From an uncultured Candidatus Saccharibacteria bacterium (GTDB lineage: Bacteria; Patescibacteriota; Doudnabacteria; UBA920), in NCBI GenBank assembly GCA_964561085.1, contig CAZLNP010000003.1, positions 7,351 through 71,350 on the forward strand: a stretch of DNA of 64,000 nucleotides, given 5' to 3'. Below, one piece after another: positions 9,976 through 19,559 of this stretch. The notes below the pieces were generated by a model. That model was not told the DNA's origin and made no database searches. It saw only the letters and a list, made by a program, of their open reading frames with translations. The translations under genes were made by a program, and so were the position numbers. Every line of letters begins with the position of its first letter. Positions within the stretch are counted from its first letter, which is position 1.

Positions 9976-11007
9976 CTACTTAATACTTTTTCCCACTAAC
10001 ACGGCTTGTTCAACTAAACGATTAGAATAACCAAACTCGTTATCGTACCAAGCTACTACTTTAATAAAATCTCCATCTATTACCTGAGTTAAAGAAAGAT
10101 CGATAATACAACTAGCCGGATTACCAACAATATCAGAAGAAACTAATGGTTCATTACTGACAACTAATTTACCCTTATATAAAGGGTGCTCGCTAGCATC
10201 GATGAAAGCTTGATTTACTTCTTCTTTAGTAGTCTTCTTTTTTAGAAGAACTGCGAAGTCAGAAAGACTGCCTACTGGTGTCGGAACTCGGAAAGCCACG
10301 CCATCGAACAAACCTTTCAACTCGGGAAAAACCTGCGTTGCAGAAACTGCTGCGCCGGTAGTGGTTGGAATAATATTAACAGCTGCTGCACGGGCACGAC
10401 GCATGTCTGTACTCTTTCCCCCAGGGGGAGGTCCATCTACTAGATTCTGCTCAGCAGTATAACTATGAATAGTGCTCATCATAATTTTTTGAATACCAAA
10501 TTTGGAAAGCAGTACAGCTGTGACAGGAGTAATACAGTTTGTGGTACAAGATGCATTGCTAATAACAGCTTGGTCTGTGTACTGATCTTCATTAGCGCCT
10601 AACACAATAGTAGGTGTAATGCCTTCATCTTTTGCAGGCGCAGAGATGATTACGCGCTTTGCTCCAGCCTCTAAATGAGCGCTCGCCTTTTCGCTATCTG
10701 TAAATCTGCCAGTACATTCCAAGACTACTTGTGCACCAAGTTTAGACCAAGGTAAAAGCTTTGGCTCTTTTTCAGCAGAAACTGGGTACTTCTTACCATC
10801 GACTATTACATTAGTTTCATCTGAAGTTATTTCATGATTAAACCGCCCGTAATTGCTATCGTACTTAAGAAGATGAGCTAAGACGTCTGGGCTAGTTAAA
10901 TCGTTAATCCCAACAATCTCAATTTCAGAGTTACTTAGAGCAATTTTAAATGCTTGACGACCGATGCGCCCGAAACCGTTTATTCCAACTTTGATTGTAT
11001 TTGCCAT
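9976..11007 (-). CDS. gap: Glyceraldehyde-3-phosphate dehydrogenase
   Basis: 343 aa. INGFGRIGR (NAD binding) and ASCTTNC (catalytic Cys). Confidence 0.9.
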   Translation of the reverse strand: MANTIKVGINGFGRIGRQAFKIALSNSEIEIVGINDLTSPDVLAHLLKYDSNYGRFNHEITSDETNVIVDGKKYPVSAEKEPKLLPWSKLGAQVVLECTGRFTDSEKASAHLEAGAKRVIISAPAKDEGITPTIVLGANEDQYTDQAVISNASCTTNCITPVTAVLLSKFGIQKIMMSTIHSYTAEQNLVDGPPPGGKSTDMRRARAAAVNIIPTTTGAAVSATQVFPELKGLFDGVAFRVPTPVGSLSDFAVLLKKKTTKEEVNQAFIDASEHPLYKGKLVVSNEPLVSSDIVGNPASCIIDLSLTQVIDGDFIKVVAWYDNEFGYSNRLVEQAVLVGKSIK

Positions 11008-11027
11008 TTTTTGTTTTATTTAAATTA

Positions 11028-11258
11028 CTACTGAGCTGTCGGAGAAGAATCTTGAACTTCTAATTGATAGTTTTTAGAGCTGAGTTCGGCGTTTACTCTA
11101 TCATAATTATTTTCTGGGAATGCGATGTATTCTGACTGTCTAATTGTTTGTTGACGCCAATAGAACATCACACCGAAAGAAACGATTGTGATTAATACAA
11201 ATCCAAAAAAACGGAAGCGCGGATTTGAAGTGGTTAGATTTGTACCTTGTATGCCCAT
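11028..11258 (-). CDS. Small single-TM membrane protein (hypothetical)
   Basis: 76 aa. One hydrophobic helix. Lies between gap and fba. Confidence 0.35.
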   Translation of the reverse strand: MGIQGTNLTTSNPRFRFFGFVLITIVSFGVMFYWRQQTIRQSEYIAFPENNYDRVNAELSSKNYQLEVQDSSPTAQ

Positions 11259-11289
11259 ATGTTTGTTATTACTATTATTATACTATACT

Positions 11290-12168
11290 TTAAAGAATGT
11301 TTTGCGTCTTAAACGCTTTTAATTTTTTCAGCGCCGCTTGCTTAACTCCCTCTATTGCAGGGTTCAAAAACTTTCGAGGATCAACTTCATCTGGATGCGA
11401 CGCTAAGAATACTCTTAACTCTTTTGTAAACGCCACTCTCAGTTCAGAATCTATATTGATGATAGCCACGCCGTTAGCAATGGCTTGGGCGATTACATCA
11501 TCTGGAACACCACTTGCTCCATGCAAAACTAGCGGCACATTTACTAAATTGTGCACCTGCCTGATCCTATCTACATCCACATGCGCTTTAACGCCACCTG
11601 TCAGCTTGATAATACCGTGGATTGTGCCGAAGCTAGCTGCGAGAGTATTCACTCCGGTAGCATCAAAAAACTTTTTGGCTTCTTCTGGTTCTGTAAGTAG
11701 AGCTTCGGACTCGGAAACAGAAACCCAGTCTTCTGAGCCGCGGATTTTGCCAATTTCTCCTTGGACCCAAGCACCTTCTGCTTTTGCAAACTCAACCATT
11801 TCTTTTGTATCACGCACGTTTTCGTCATAAGAAAGTCCTGAGTGGTCGATCATCACTGATGAATATCCTAATTCAATTCCCGCTTTCAGTTGATCCATAT
11901 CTTTTCCATGATCCATATGAAGTGCAACTGGAACTTTTGCTTTTACTGCGAGGCTAGCAATGATTTCGAAAAGAGTTTCAAGACCAGCGTACTTAATTGC
12001 ACCTTCACTTGTTTCCAAAATTACTGGTGTGTTCATTTCTTCAGCAGCAGCAATAATCCCTAATGTAGTTTCTAGGTTCATTGTATTAAAAGCCGGATAG
12101 GCAAATTTACCTACCACTGCGCTACCCGTCGGATCGTTCTTAAATAATTCTTTAATGTGTACTAGCAT
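11290..12168 (-). CDS. fba: Fructose-bisphosphate aldolase, class II
   Basis: 292 aa. HMDHG, LHGASG and other class II aldolase motifs. Confidence 0.85.
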   Translation of the reverse strand: MLVHIKELFKNDPTGSAVVGKFAYPAFNTMNLETTLGIIAAAEEMNTPVILETSEGAIKYAGLETLFEIIASLAVKAKVPVALHMDHGKDMDQLKAGIELGYSSVMIDHSGLSYDENVRDTKEMVEFAKAEGAWVQGEIGKIRGSEDWVSVSESEALLTEPEEAKKFFDATGVNTLAASFGTIHGIIKLTGGVKAHVDVDRIRQVHNLVNVPLVLHGASGVPDDVIAQAIANGVAIINIDSELRVAFTKELRVFLASHPDEVDPRKFLNPAIEGVKQAALKKLKAFKTQNIL

Positions 12169-12529
12169 TCGGTTTTTTAAGTAAATCTATAATGATGTGA
12201 AGTATAAATAAGCCTATGAGCAAAATTACCGCGTGCAAAAGATAAGCAAACAATATCTGAGACGTGCCACTAGGAAAAACTGAATTGAGATTATAATCTT
12301 GGATCAATTTAATTGTTGGGTTTGTCAGAATCAGAGGAGGTGTAGATGCTTCAGAACAAACAGCCAAATACATCATTCCAGGTTTCATCTCTTTTGGACC
12401 GCCACAATTAGTTAAAGACAACTTTGAGTATTCGTGTCCATACTCAATCACATTAACATAACCAATAGCGAGTAATAGATAAATTATAGGAATTATCCAC
12501 CACCAATGTTTTTTGAAAAATGCTTGCAT
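12152..12529 (-). CDS. Small membrane protein (hypothetical)
   Basis: 125 aa, hydrophobic. Starts immediately after the PfkB kinase stop and overlaps the fba start by 17 nt. Confidence 0.4.
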   Translation of the reverse strand: MQAFFKKHWWWIIPIIYLLLAIGYVNVIEYGHEYSKLSLTNCGGPKEMKPGMMYLAVCSEASTPPLILTNPTIKLIQDYNLNSVFPSGTSQILFAYLLHAVILLIGLFILHIIIDLLKKPNASTH

Positions 12530-13582
12530 CTATTTCATCTTTCCCACTGTTGCGGCAACTTTAGACTTTGCTTTTTCATTATCTAAAACTACCGGTTTAT
12601 AGGATTTCATTTTTGAAAGCCTGGATTCCAACTGCGAACGAGTAAGCAATCCTTCTTGAGGCCCAACGTGCTGAACTACGCTACCAGCGTTAACTGGACC
12701 CCATCGCAAAGCGTCGTAATGAGTTTTCCCATAAGCTAGAGCAGCAACATACGCAGTTGTAAACGAATCTCCCGCTCCAGTTGCTTCTATACGAGGACCA
12801 GGGAACTGCGGGATATAATAATAACCTTCATCGCTGTGACTATATGCGCCTTTTGGACCATCTGTTAGCACAACTGCTTTAGGCCCAAGCTTGCGTAAAC
12901 GTTTGCATAGTTCTTCTGGGTCATCATAATCTCCTACCCAACTCTGCGCCTCTTCTTTGTTAAGAGACAACAAACCAGTGCGCTCTAATACTAACCTATT
13001 AGCTTTTACTCCAGCACGTAATTGAAAAGTACCAGGGTTAAATGCAAGTTGAGTACCAGTCTTGTCCAAATAAGCAGCTAAATCTTTATAAATCTTTTGA
13101 AAACCCTTTGGCATACTAGTAAGATATACCCATTTTGCTGGAGCTAGTTTTGGAAGTTTGTAGTCGCGATGTTCATGAAAAGCAAAAATAGTGCGCTCGC
13201 CTTCATAGCAAAGCACTGTATGATAGTTAGTACCATGCTTATCATCTATCTTTATGTACTCAGTGGATACTTTTTCTTTCTTCATCTTGTGAATAATTTC
13301 ACGTCCACCAACATCATGCGCAACTACACAAAAATATGCAGTCTTTAATCCAAGCCGACTCGAACCTGTTGCATTATTAGTAGCATTCCCAGCTACACTT
13401 TTATAAAACTTGTCTACCGGAAGCTTATCCCCCCAGTTAATTAACGCCTTCAAATTACCTTTTATACGCTTTACTTCAATATCATGGATAAACAAAAAAG
13501 AATCGATGACTGGATCACCAATAGAGATAATGTCGTACTTTGTTTTCAATTTCTTTATTGGTTTTGCTGGAATTGTTTTCAT
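12530..13582 (-). CDS. PfkB-family carbohydrate kinase (possible phosphofructokinase-like or ribokinase-like)
   Basis: 350 aa. C-terminal GAGDSFTTAYVAAL, the PfkB signature. Embedded in the glycolysis/PPP gene cluster. Confidence 0.75.
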   Translation of the reverse strand: MKTIPAKPIKKLKTKYDIISIGDPVIDSFLFIHDIEVKRIKGNLKALINWGDKLPVDKFYKSVAGNATNNATGSSRLGLKTAYFCVVAHDVGGREIIHKMKKEKVSTEYIKIDDKHGTNYHTVLCYEGERTIFAFHEHRDYKLPKLAPAKWVYLTSMPKGFQKIYKDLAAYLDKTGTQLAFNPGTFQLRAGVKANRLVLERTGLLSLNKEEAQSWVGDYDDPEELCKRLRKLGPKAVVLTDGPKGAYSHSDEGYYYIPQFPGPRIEATGAGDSFTTAYVAALAYGKTHYDALRWGPVNAGSVVQHVGPQEGLLTRSQLESRLSKMKSYKPVVLDNEKAKSKVAATVGKMK

Positions 13583-13586
13583 ATTT

Positions 13587-14576
13587 CTAGTTCGCTTTAC
13601 GGGTTAATACTTTTTTAATTGCTTCTTTAATGGCTTCTGTGTCCATGCCGAATTTCTTCAAAAGTTGAGCTGGTTCGCCACTTTCTCCAAAACTATCTTG
13701 CATTCCGATCATTTCAATTGGCACTGGGCAATGTTGAGCCAATACTTCTGCAATGGCACTACCCGCCCCGCCCATCACCTGATGCTCTTCTAGGGTTACA
13801 ACAGCACCAGTTAGTTTTGCAGCCCAGATAATTGTTTCGGAGTCTATAGGTTTAATAGTATGGTTGTTGATGACTAAGACGTTCATGCCCTGCTTTTCAA
13901 GTTCCAAAGCGGCTTGCAACGCAGAATACAAAATTGGACCGCTGCCAATAAGAGCGACGTCAGAGCCTTCTTTTAAGACGCTGGCTTTGCCTACTGCAAA
14001 TGGTGAATCTTCAGTTGTAATGACAGGAGTTTTTTCGCGACCTAAACGAATGTACGCAGGGCCCGCTGTACCGCCCAAAGCAATTGTAGCTTTGCGTGCT
14101 TCAATAGTGTCGCAAGGCACAACCACTGTCATATTTGGAATTGTACGAACTATTGCAATATCTTCTAAAGCTTGATGTGTGGCGCCATCTGGACCAACTG
14201 ACAGCCCAGTATGATGCCCAGCAACTTTTACGTTTGCATTTGAATACGCCACAGAAACACGAAGTTGATCCCAAGCTCGTCCGGGGCTAAAAGTTGCATA
14301 GCTAGCCACGAAAGGAGTTTTCCCTGCAAGCGCGAGACCTGCCGCAACTCCCATCATGTTTTGTTCTGCAACACCACACTCAATGAACCTTTCTGGATAT
14401 TTTTTTGCAAACTCTAAGATGCGTGTGCTTTCTGCCAAATCTCCTGTTAACGCTACCACATCTTTATTATGTTCACCCAAATGCAAAAGACCTTCACCAA
14501 AACCATTACGGCTTGGAACTTGTTCGATGTCTTCAGCACCAATTTTAGGATTAAGTTTTTGTGTTGGGTTTAACAT
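13587..14576 (-). CDS. Transketolase, C-terminal subunit (pyrimidine-binding plus C-terminal domain)
   Basis: ORF 13587..14633. The likely start is the ATG at 14576 (MLNPTQKLNPK...). Sequence matches the transketolase C-terminal half. Confidence 0.85.
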   Translation of the reverse strand: MLNPTQKLNPKIGAEDIEQVPSRNGFGEGLLHLGEHNKDVVALTGDLAESTRILEFAKKYPERFIECGVAEQNMMGVAAGLALAGKTPFVASYATFSPGRAWDQLRVSVAYSNANVKVAGHHTGLSVGPDGATHQALEDIAIVRTIPNMTVVVPCDTIEARKATIALGGTAGPAYIRLGREKTPVITTEDSPFAVGKASVLKEGSDVALIGSGPILYSALQAALELEKQGMNVLVINNHTIKPIDSETIIWAAKLTGAVVTLEEHQVMGGAGSAIAEVLAQHCPVPIEMIGMQDSFGESGEPAQLLKKFGMDTEAIKEAIKKVLTRKAN

Positions 14577-14581
14577 CTGAG

Positions 14582-14923
14582 TTATGTTAGCAAGATGTAT
14601 GTCAAGAATAATGCTGGAGAGGTTACAAACCAAACAGCAAGCAGTATAACTACTAAAATTAGAGTTCTAGCGACAACAGCCTTTTTAGTAACGCCGTTTT
14701 TCTTTACTTCCTTAAGTATAAACCATCCCCATAAAACTAATATCAGAAGTAATAAAACAAGGCTAATCTTTGTAAGAAAGAGGTTGCTAGCGATTTCAGA
14801 GCGACATTTTGCACCAACTACAGAAGCACATATCTTAGTATTGAGGAGCAGGAAAACTTTATAACGGAATATTGCTAATCCTAAAATGAGAATCGTTAGA
14901 AAATAGTGAAACTTTTTATTCAT
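14582..14923 (-). CDS. Small membrane protein encoded between the two transketolase subunit genes
   Basis: ~113 aa, 3 TM helices. Its ATG (MNKKF) overlaps the upstream transketolase stop (GAGCATGAATAA) and its stop lies 5 nt before the downstream transketolase ATG. Confidence 0.4.
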   Translation of the reverse strand: MNKKFHYFLTILILGLAIFRYKVFLLLNTKICASVVGAKCRSEIASNLFLTKISLVLLLLILVLWGWFILKEVKKNGVTKKAVVARTLILVVILLAVWFVTSPALFLTYILLT

Positions 14924-15824
14924 GCTCACTCCTAATCTGTCCACGCAAAGTGCGCAGTTCTTTTAAAGCTTCAGCAGCTTGCTCTTTTTTAGGCGGTGCA
15001 CCTGCTACATCGGCCCCACCTGGAGGCGCTCCATGCCACTCAAACTTACCTTCCATGTAGTCCACGCCTTTTCCTGGAATAGTATGCGCAATAATTACAG
15101 TTGGTTTTTCGTAAATCGCTTCGGCTTCTTTGTAAGCATTGATAATTGCATCAATGTTATGCCCATCAATTTCTAAAACGTGCCAGTTAAATGCTTCGTA
15201 CTTTGCACGCAACCCTTCAAGAGGCATGACATCTTCTGTATAGCCATCAATTTGAATGTTATTACGGTCAATTATTGCAGTTAAGTTATGCAACTTTTCT
15301 TTTCCAGCAAGCATAACTGCTTCCCAAATTTGCCCTTCTTGCTGTTCGCCATCAGACATTACAAGATACACACGGGATTTTAAATTATCCATCCGAAAAG
15401 CCAAAGCCATTCCCACAGCCTGAGATGCACCCTGCGCCAAAGGACCAGAAGAATTTTCAATTCCCGGCAAAGCTAAATTATGTGGATGTCCATGTAAGCG
15501 ACCGCCAAACTTACGCAAAGTCTTTAATTCATCTACTGGAAAATATCCGGATTCAGCGAGTGTAGCATAAAGTACTGGCGCATTATGTCCACACGAGAGC
15601 ACGAGCCTATCGCGACCAGTCCAATCAGGAATTTGAGGATCATGGCGCATCACTTTAAAGTAAAGTGCAGTGAAAATATCTGCTAAACCTAAAGGACCGG
15701 CACTGTGACCAGAGCCGGCTTCGACTAACATTTTAATAATATCCTGACGGATATCATTCGCTTTATATTTCAGTTCCTGCGGTGACAATGTTTTGGTAGT
15801 TTTGTTTGATGTTTTCTGTTTCAA
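14916..15824 (-). CDS. Transketolase, N-terminal subunit (TPP-binding)
   Basis: 302 aa. GSGHSAGPLGLADI, GHPH and DGEQQEG, thiamine-diphosphate-binding motifs of the transketolase N-terminal half. Confidence 0.85.
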   Translation of the reverse strand: MKQKTSNKTTKTLSPQELKYKANDIRQDIIKMLVEAGSGHSAGPLGLADIFTALYFKVMRHDPQIPDWTGRDRLVLSCGHNAPVLYATLAESGYFPVDELKTLRKFGGRLHGHPHNLALPGIENSSGPLAQGASQAVGMALAFRMDNLKSRVYLVMSDGEQQEGQIWEAVMLAGKEKLHNLTAIIDRNNIQIDGYTEDVMPLEGLRAKYEAFNWHVLEIDGHNIDAIINAYKEAEAIYEKPTVIIAHTIPGKGVDYMEGKFEWHGAPPGGADVAGAPPKKEQAAEALKELRTLRGQIRSEHE

Positions 15825-16413
15825 AAAGTGCGGAACCGACTACAAGATAGTCTGCGCCACTGTGGATTAGCGTTCCTGCGTTTTCCGCATTCACACCACC
15901 ATCTACCTCAATTGTAGCATTTTCAGCCATTTCCCTCAATGCTTTTACTTTTTCGTACGTAGTTGGGATAAAAGGATTTCCCTGTTTACCAGGCTCAACC
16001 GAAAGAATTGTAAAGTGTTCAATGTTATCTGTAAAATATCGCAGAGTTGAAACGTTTGTTTCTGGATTAATCGCAATCCCTGGCTTCATTCCAAGTTTGA
16101 TAATTTTATCTAAAGCCTCTTCTAGTAAAGTTTCGCTAAGAAAGCTTTCGTAGTGGACTATTACTGTAGAAAAACCTGCTTCTTTGTATGCGCCAAAGTT
16201 AGTTGGATGATCGGCCATAATATGCGCTTCCCACTCGAGTTTGTCTAGTTTTGGGACATGGCCCAGATCTTCCACCAGCATGGATTCAGATTCAACGAAA
16301 ACACCATCAGTGAAATCTACCTGAATACGCTGAAGTTTAGGTATGGTCTTGATTTTAGTCAATTTATGGGCGAAATCAAGCGGGTTTTTCTCTAGAATGG
16401 CTGGGATTATCAT
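15763..16413 (-). CDS. rpe: Ribulose-phosphate 3-epimerase
   Basis: 216 aa. IIPAIL, VDFTDG, VDGGVN...GADYLVVGSALF. Confidence 0.8.
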   Translation of the reverse strand: MIIPAILEKNPLDFAHKLTKIKTIPKLQRIQVDFTDGVFVESESMLVEDLGHVPKLDKLEWEAHIMADHPTNFGAYKEAGFSTVIVHYESFLSETLLEEALDKIIKLGMKPGIAINPETNVSTLRYFTDNIEHFTILSVEPGKQGNPFIPTTYEKVKALREMAENATIEVDGGVNAENAGTLIHSGADYLVVGSALFETENIKQNYQNIVTAGTEI

Positions 16414-16448
16414 TTTATAGGTTTTATTGTGGTTTTTAAGCTATAATT

Positions 16449-16477
16449 GACAAAAGAGGAGCTTTATGCTATAATAT
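16449..16477 (+). promoter_or_regulatory. Consensus sigma70-like promoter (TTGACA-17-TATAAT)
   Basis: ttgacaaaagaggagctttatgctataat lies directly upstream of the small membrane ORF at 16527. Confidence 0.5.
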
Positions 16478-16526
16478 TAGAGTTACTAAAGTTAGTTTGA
16501 CACTTCAATTTCCTGGAGGAAAATTT

Positions 16527-16724
16527 ATGTACTTCATCTTTTTGTTTATTGTTGTCGCGGTTGGATATTTCTTGCTGGATTTCTTGATGAATTTTCTGGG
16601 AATTAAATCTACAGTAGGTTATTTCATCGGCGGCATAATTCTATTTTGGCTAGCTTACCCGATAGTGGTTATGTTGATCGAGGAATTACCAGAAAAAGAG
16701 CAAGAGAGTCTAAAGAAGAAATGA
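16527..16724 (+). CDS. Small two-TM membrane protein (hypothetical)
   Basis: ORF 16497..16724. Likely start is the ATG at 16527, preceded by GGAGGA. Followed by a hairpin plus T-run (~16770-16795). Confidence 0.4.
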   Translation: MYFIFLFIVVAVGYFLLDFLMNFLGIKSTVGYFIGGIILFWLAYPIVVMLIEELPEKEQESLKKK

Positions 16725-16792
16725 TCTCAATTGAGAATTCACTCTCGAACTAAGGAGCCTGTCTACTAACACTGGACGGGCTTTTATTTTTA

Positions 16793-17236
16793 TCATTTTT
16801 CCAGTGCACTTATCTTCTTTATCCTTCTCACATGCCTTGCCTCAGTTGAATAAGGTGTGTTTAACCACACATCCATAATTTTTTCAGCATCCTTTTGGGA
16901 AATATAATCTGAAGGTAAACATAAAACATTAGCCATATCATCCTTACGGGACATTTCTGCTTCTTTTACATTCCAAACCAAAGAGGCACGAACATGCTCA
17001 AACTTATTTGCAACAATGCAGACACCCTGACCACTGCGGCAAATTAAAATGCCGACGTTGCGCATTGGGTTTTGTGATACCTTTTTGGCTACCTGTTTTG
17101 CGTAGTCAGGATAATCATCCCCTGCCTTCAAAGTTTTTGCACCAAGATCACTAAACTCTAGTTTCTGCTTTATCAAAAATTTCTTCAATTGGTTCTTTAA
17201 TTTGTAGCCGCCGTGGTCAGCGCCGATGTATATCAT
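16793..17236 (-). CDS. rpiB: Ribose-5-phosphate isomerase B
   Basis: 147 aa. MIYIGADHGGYKLK and ICRSGQG, RpiB/LacAB signatures. Confidence 0.85.
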   Translation of the reverse strand: MIYIGADHGGYKLKNQLKKFLIKQKLEFSDLGAKTLKAGDDYPDYAKQVAKKVSQNPMRNVGILICRSGQGVCIVANKFEHVRASLVWNVKEAEMSRKDDMANVLCLPSDYISQKDAEKIMDVWLNTPYSTEARHVRRIKKISALEK

Positions 17237-17248
17237 ATGTGTTCGGAA

Positions 17249-17935
17249 TTATAATTCTATGATTTTATTAAAATCATCTGGTAAAAGACTAGCTCCACCT
17301 ATTAGCAGGCCAGAAATATGTGGCTCGCTCAAAAATTGAACTGCATTAGTGCTATTTACACTGCCACCATAGAGGATCTTAGGTACGCCATGTTTTGTGT
17401 TTATGTACAATGCAATTTGTTCAGCGTGATCAGCAGTCGCAGCTTTTCCACTGCCGATTGCCCAAACTGGCTCGTAAGCTACCACAACTTTCTTCGGGTC
17501 CACATCTTCTAAATCTTGCTCTAGCTGTGCACCAAGCACTTCCATAACTTCTAAGGCGTCTTCCTGAACAGTTGTGCCGTATCCCACACAAAGGATTGGC
17601 GTAATTTTATACTCAATTAAAGCTTTAATTTTAGCATTGATGAGCGCGTCATCTTCACCAAGAGTGCGGCGTTCGCTATGCCCGATAATACAATATTTCA
17701 CGCCCATGCTTTGCAGTTGAGCAGGTGAAACTTCACCTGTGTATGCGCCTTTAATATGTGGCGAGCAATCTTGCGCACCAACGTGAGGATATTCAATAGA
17801 CTCCAAAAAAGGTAGCGGCGGGCAAATTACCACATCATTCGTTGTGCTAATTTCAATTCGAGACGCCAAAGCCACTGCTTCCCCCACAGTCATTGGGTTC
17901 AATTTCCAGTTTCCTACAATTAGTTTTCTAGCCAT
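17249..17935 (-). CDS. tpiA: Triosephosphate isomerase
   Basis: 228 aa. GNWKLN, IGHSERR, YEPVWAIGSG. Confidence 0.9.
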   Translation of the reverse strand: MARKLIVGNWKLNPMTVGEAVALASRIEISTTNDVVICPPLPFLESIEYPHVGAQDCSPHIKGAYTGEVSPAQLQSMGVKYCIIGHSERRTLGEDDALINAKIKALIEYKITPILCVGYGTTVQEDALEVMEVLGAQLEQDLEDVDPKKVVVAYEPVWAIGSGKAATADHAEQIALYINTKHGVPKILYGGSVNSTNAVQFLSEPHISGLLIGGASLLPDDFNKIIEL

Positions 17936-18518
17936 TTTTTTCTAACTTAGTAATTTTTAAACGATAGACTTGTTGATTTTGGCCTTGAATCATTCGTTTT
18001 TCTAAAGGTTCAAACTCAAACTTTGCGTCATCTATATGACTGTGAACAATTTCTTCAAACACCTCATCATTATACATGGCTTCTGTAATTGGATATATGC
18101 GAACTTCTCCGTTTGGTTTAACCGTTCGCAACATTTCCGAAAACATCGCTCTGTATTCTGATTCAACTCTGGGTAAATACCCTGGTACGCTGGCATGGGC
18201 TAGCTCTATATCGAAAGAGTCATCGGCAAAAGGAAGTTCTTGAGCGAGCCCTGATGTATGCACAGCACCTTCTGGCTTAGTATAGTCTCGATAATCAATT
18301 CCCGGATTTACAGTAAAAAATTCTGCCCCGGTAGCTTTAGCAGCAACAGCTACATCGCCTTGTGGCATTCCTCCAATACCCAGAACTTTCTTCCCTTCAA
18401 GCTCAGATAAATCAATTCCTAAATCACGGAGGTAGGATTCTGGCCTTACGTTAGAATCAATTGCTTCAACAGCATCCATCCGGCTGCCTTCAAATTGTCC
18501 CCGTTCCATATAATTCAT
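17928..18518 (-). CDS. Hypothetical protein, weak class I methyltransferase-like features
   Basis: 196 aa. VLGIGG...LPFADDSFDIEL...LRTVKPNGEV resembles SAM-MTase motifs I/II/III but is not conclusive. Confidence 0.3.
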   Translation of the reverse strand: MNYMERGQFEGSRMDAVEAIDSNVRPESYLRDLGIDLSELEGKKVLGIGGMPQGDVAVAAKATGAEFFTVNPGIDYRDYTKPEGAVHTSGLAQELPFADDSFDIELAHASVPGYLPRVESEYRAMFSEMLRTVKPNGEVRIYPITEAMYNDEVFEEIVHSHIDDAKFEFEPLEKRMIQGQNQQVYRLKITKLEKNG

Positions 18519-19523
18519 TTAAATATCTCCCTTTAAAAACTTTGCAGTTTCTTCCGGTGGCATAGGGTTAACCGGTATACCAGTAGCATACTCGAAACCA
18601 GCCCAAATTGTTAGTCTAGGGAAAATTGTTAGATGCCAATGATAGCTCGCCTCTTCATGAAGCGTATGACGGTCACGCTTCACTGGCATGGTGTGGATAT
18701 AAAAATTCAAAGGTGGATCTGAAAGTTTTGTATATAGCGCTCCCAAAACGCGCTTTAGCACATGAGACAAATGCTCTATCTCTTTCTCAGAGATATCTTC
18801 GTAACGTGCGCCATGACGTTTGGGCATAATCCAAGTTTCGAACGGACTGCGAGAAGCATAAGCTGAGATTACTACGAAGTGATCATCTTCATAGATTAAG
18901 CGATCTTTTTGTTTAATCTCCTCTTTCATGATGTCACAGTAAATACAGGTACCATGATCTCGATGATAATGGTAAGCTCCAGACATTTCAGAGTGAATAT
19001 GCGGGGGCACCATAGGCGTGGTAATTATCTGATAGTGCGGATGCACCAAGCTAGCACCAGAATCACGACCGTGATTATGAAAAACTTGCACGTAGGCATT
19101 TTTCTCATCCTTAGAAAGAGTAAGGATGCGATCTTTAAAATTAGTTAAAGTTAAACCAATTAGCTGTGCGGATTGCATCGCTACTGGTTCGTTGTGCTTA
19201 CGAGTAATTATCACTTCATGATCTCCATAACCAGATCTTGAGAAGTAAAAATCTCGTTCCGAGGTAACAGCCCCTAAGTCTACTGCACGATACTTATTTG
19301 GAATGACTCGCAATTCCCAATCTTTATTATTGGGAATACGGCAAACATCATCACATAAATCTGGGTTTTTATCTTCATTTCCTGGGCAGAATACACAAGT
19401 CTCATCAATTTCAGGTAAACCGGCCATAACGCTATATGTACGAAAATCCTCCGGACGCTTAGCGCGGCCCGGAGCAATTAACACCCACTGCTTTGTAATT
19501 GGATTTTGCCTAAATTGTGACAT
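18519..19523 (-). CDS. Galactose-1-phosphate uridylyltransferase-like (HIT superfamily, GalT branch)
   Basis: 334 aa. Cys-rich N-terminal region (CVFCPG), HPHYQ histidine-triad-like active-site motif, duplicated half-barrel layout. Confidence 0.7.
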   Translation of the reverse strand: MSQFRQNPITKQWVLIAPGRAKRPEDFRTYSVMAGLPEIDETCVFCPGNEDKNPDLCDDVCRIPNNKDWELRVIPNKYRAVDLGAVTSERDFYFSRSGYGDHEVIITRKHNEPVAMQSAQLIGLTLTNFKDRILTLSKDEKNAYVQVFHNHGRDSGASLVHPHYQIITTPMVPPHIHSEMSGAYHYHRDHGTCIYCDIMKEEIKQKDRLIYEDDHFVVISAYASRSPFETWIMPKRHGARYEDISEKEIEHLSHVLKRVLGALYTKLSDPPLNFYIHTMPVKRDRHTLHEEASYHWHLTIFPRLTIWAGFEYATGIPVNPMPPEETAKFLKGDI

Positions 19524-19559
19524 GTGATTGTGATATTTATTTCTTTTGCTATTTCTTCT

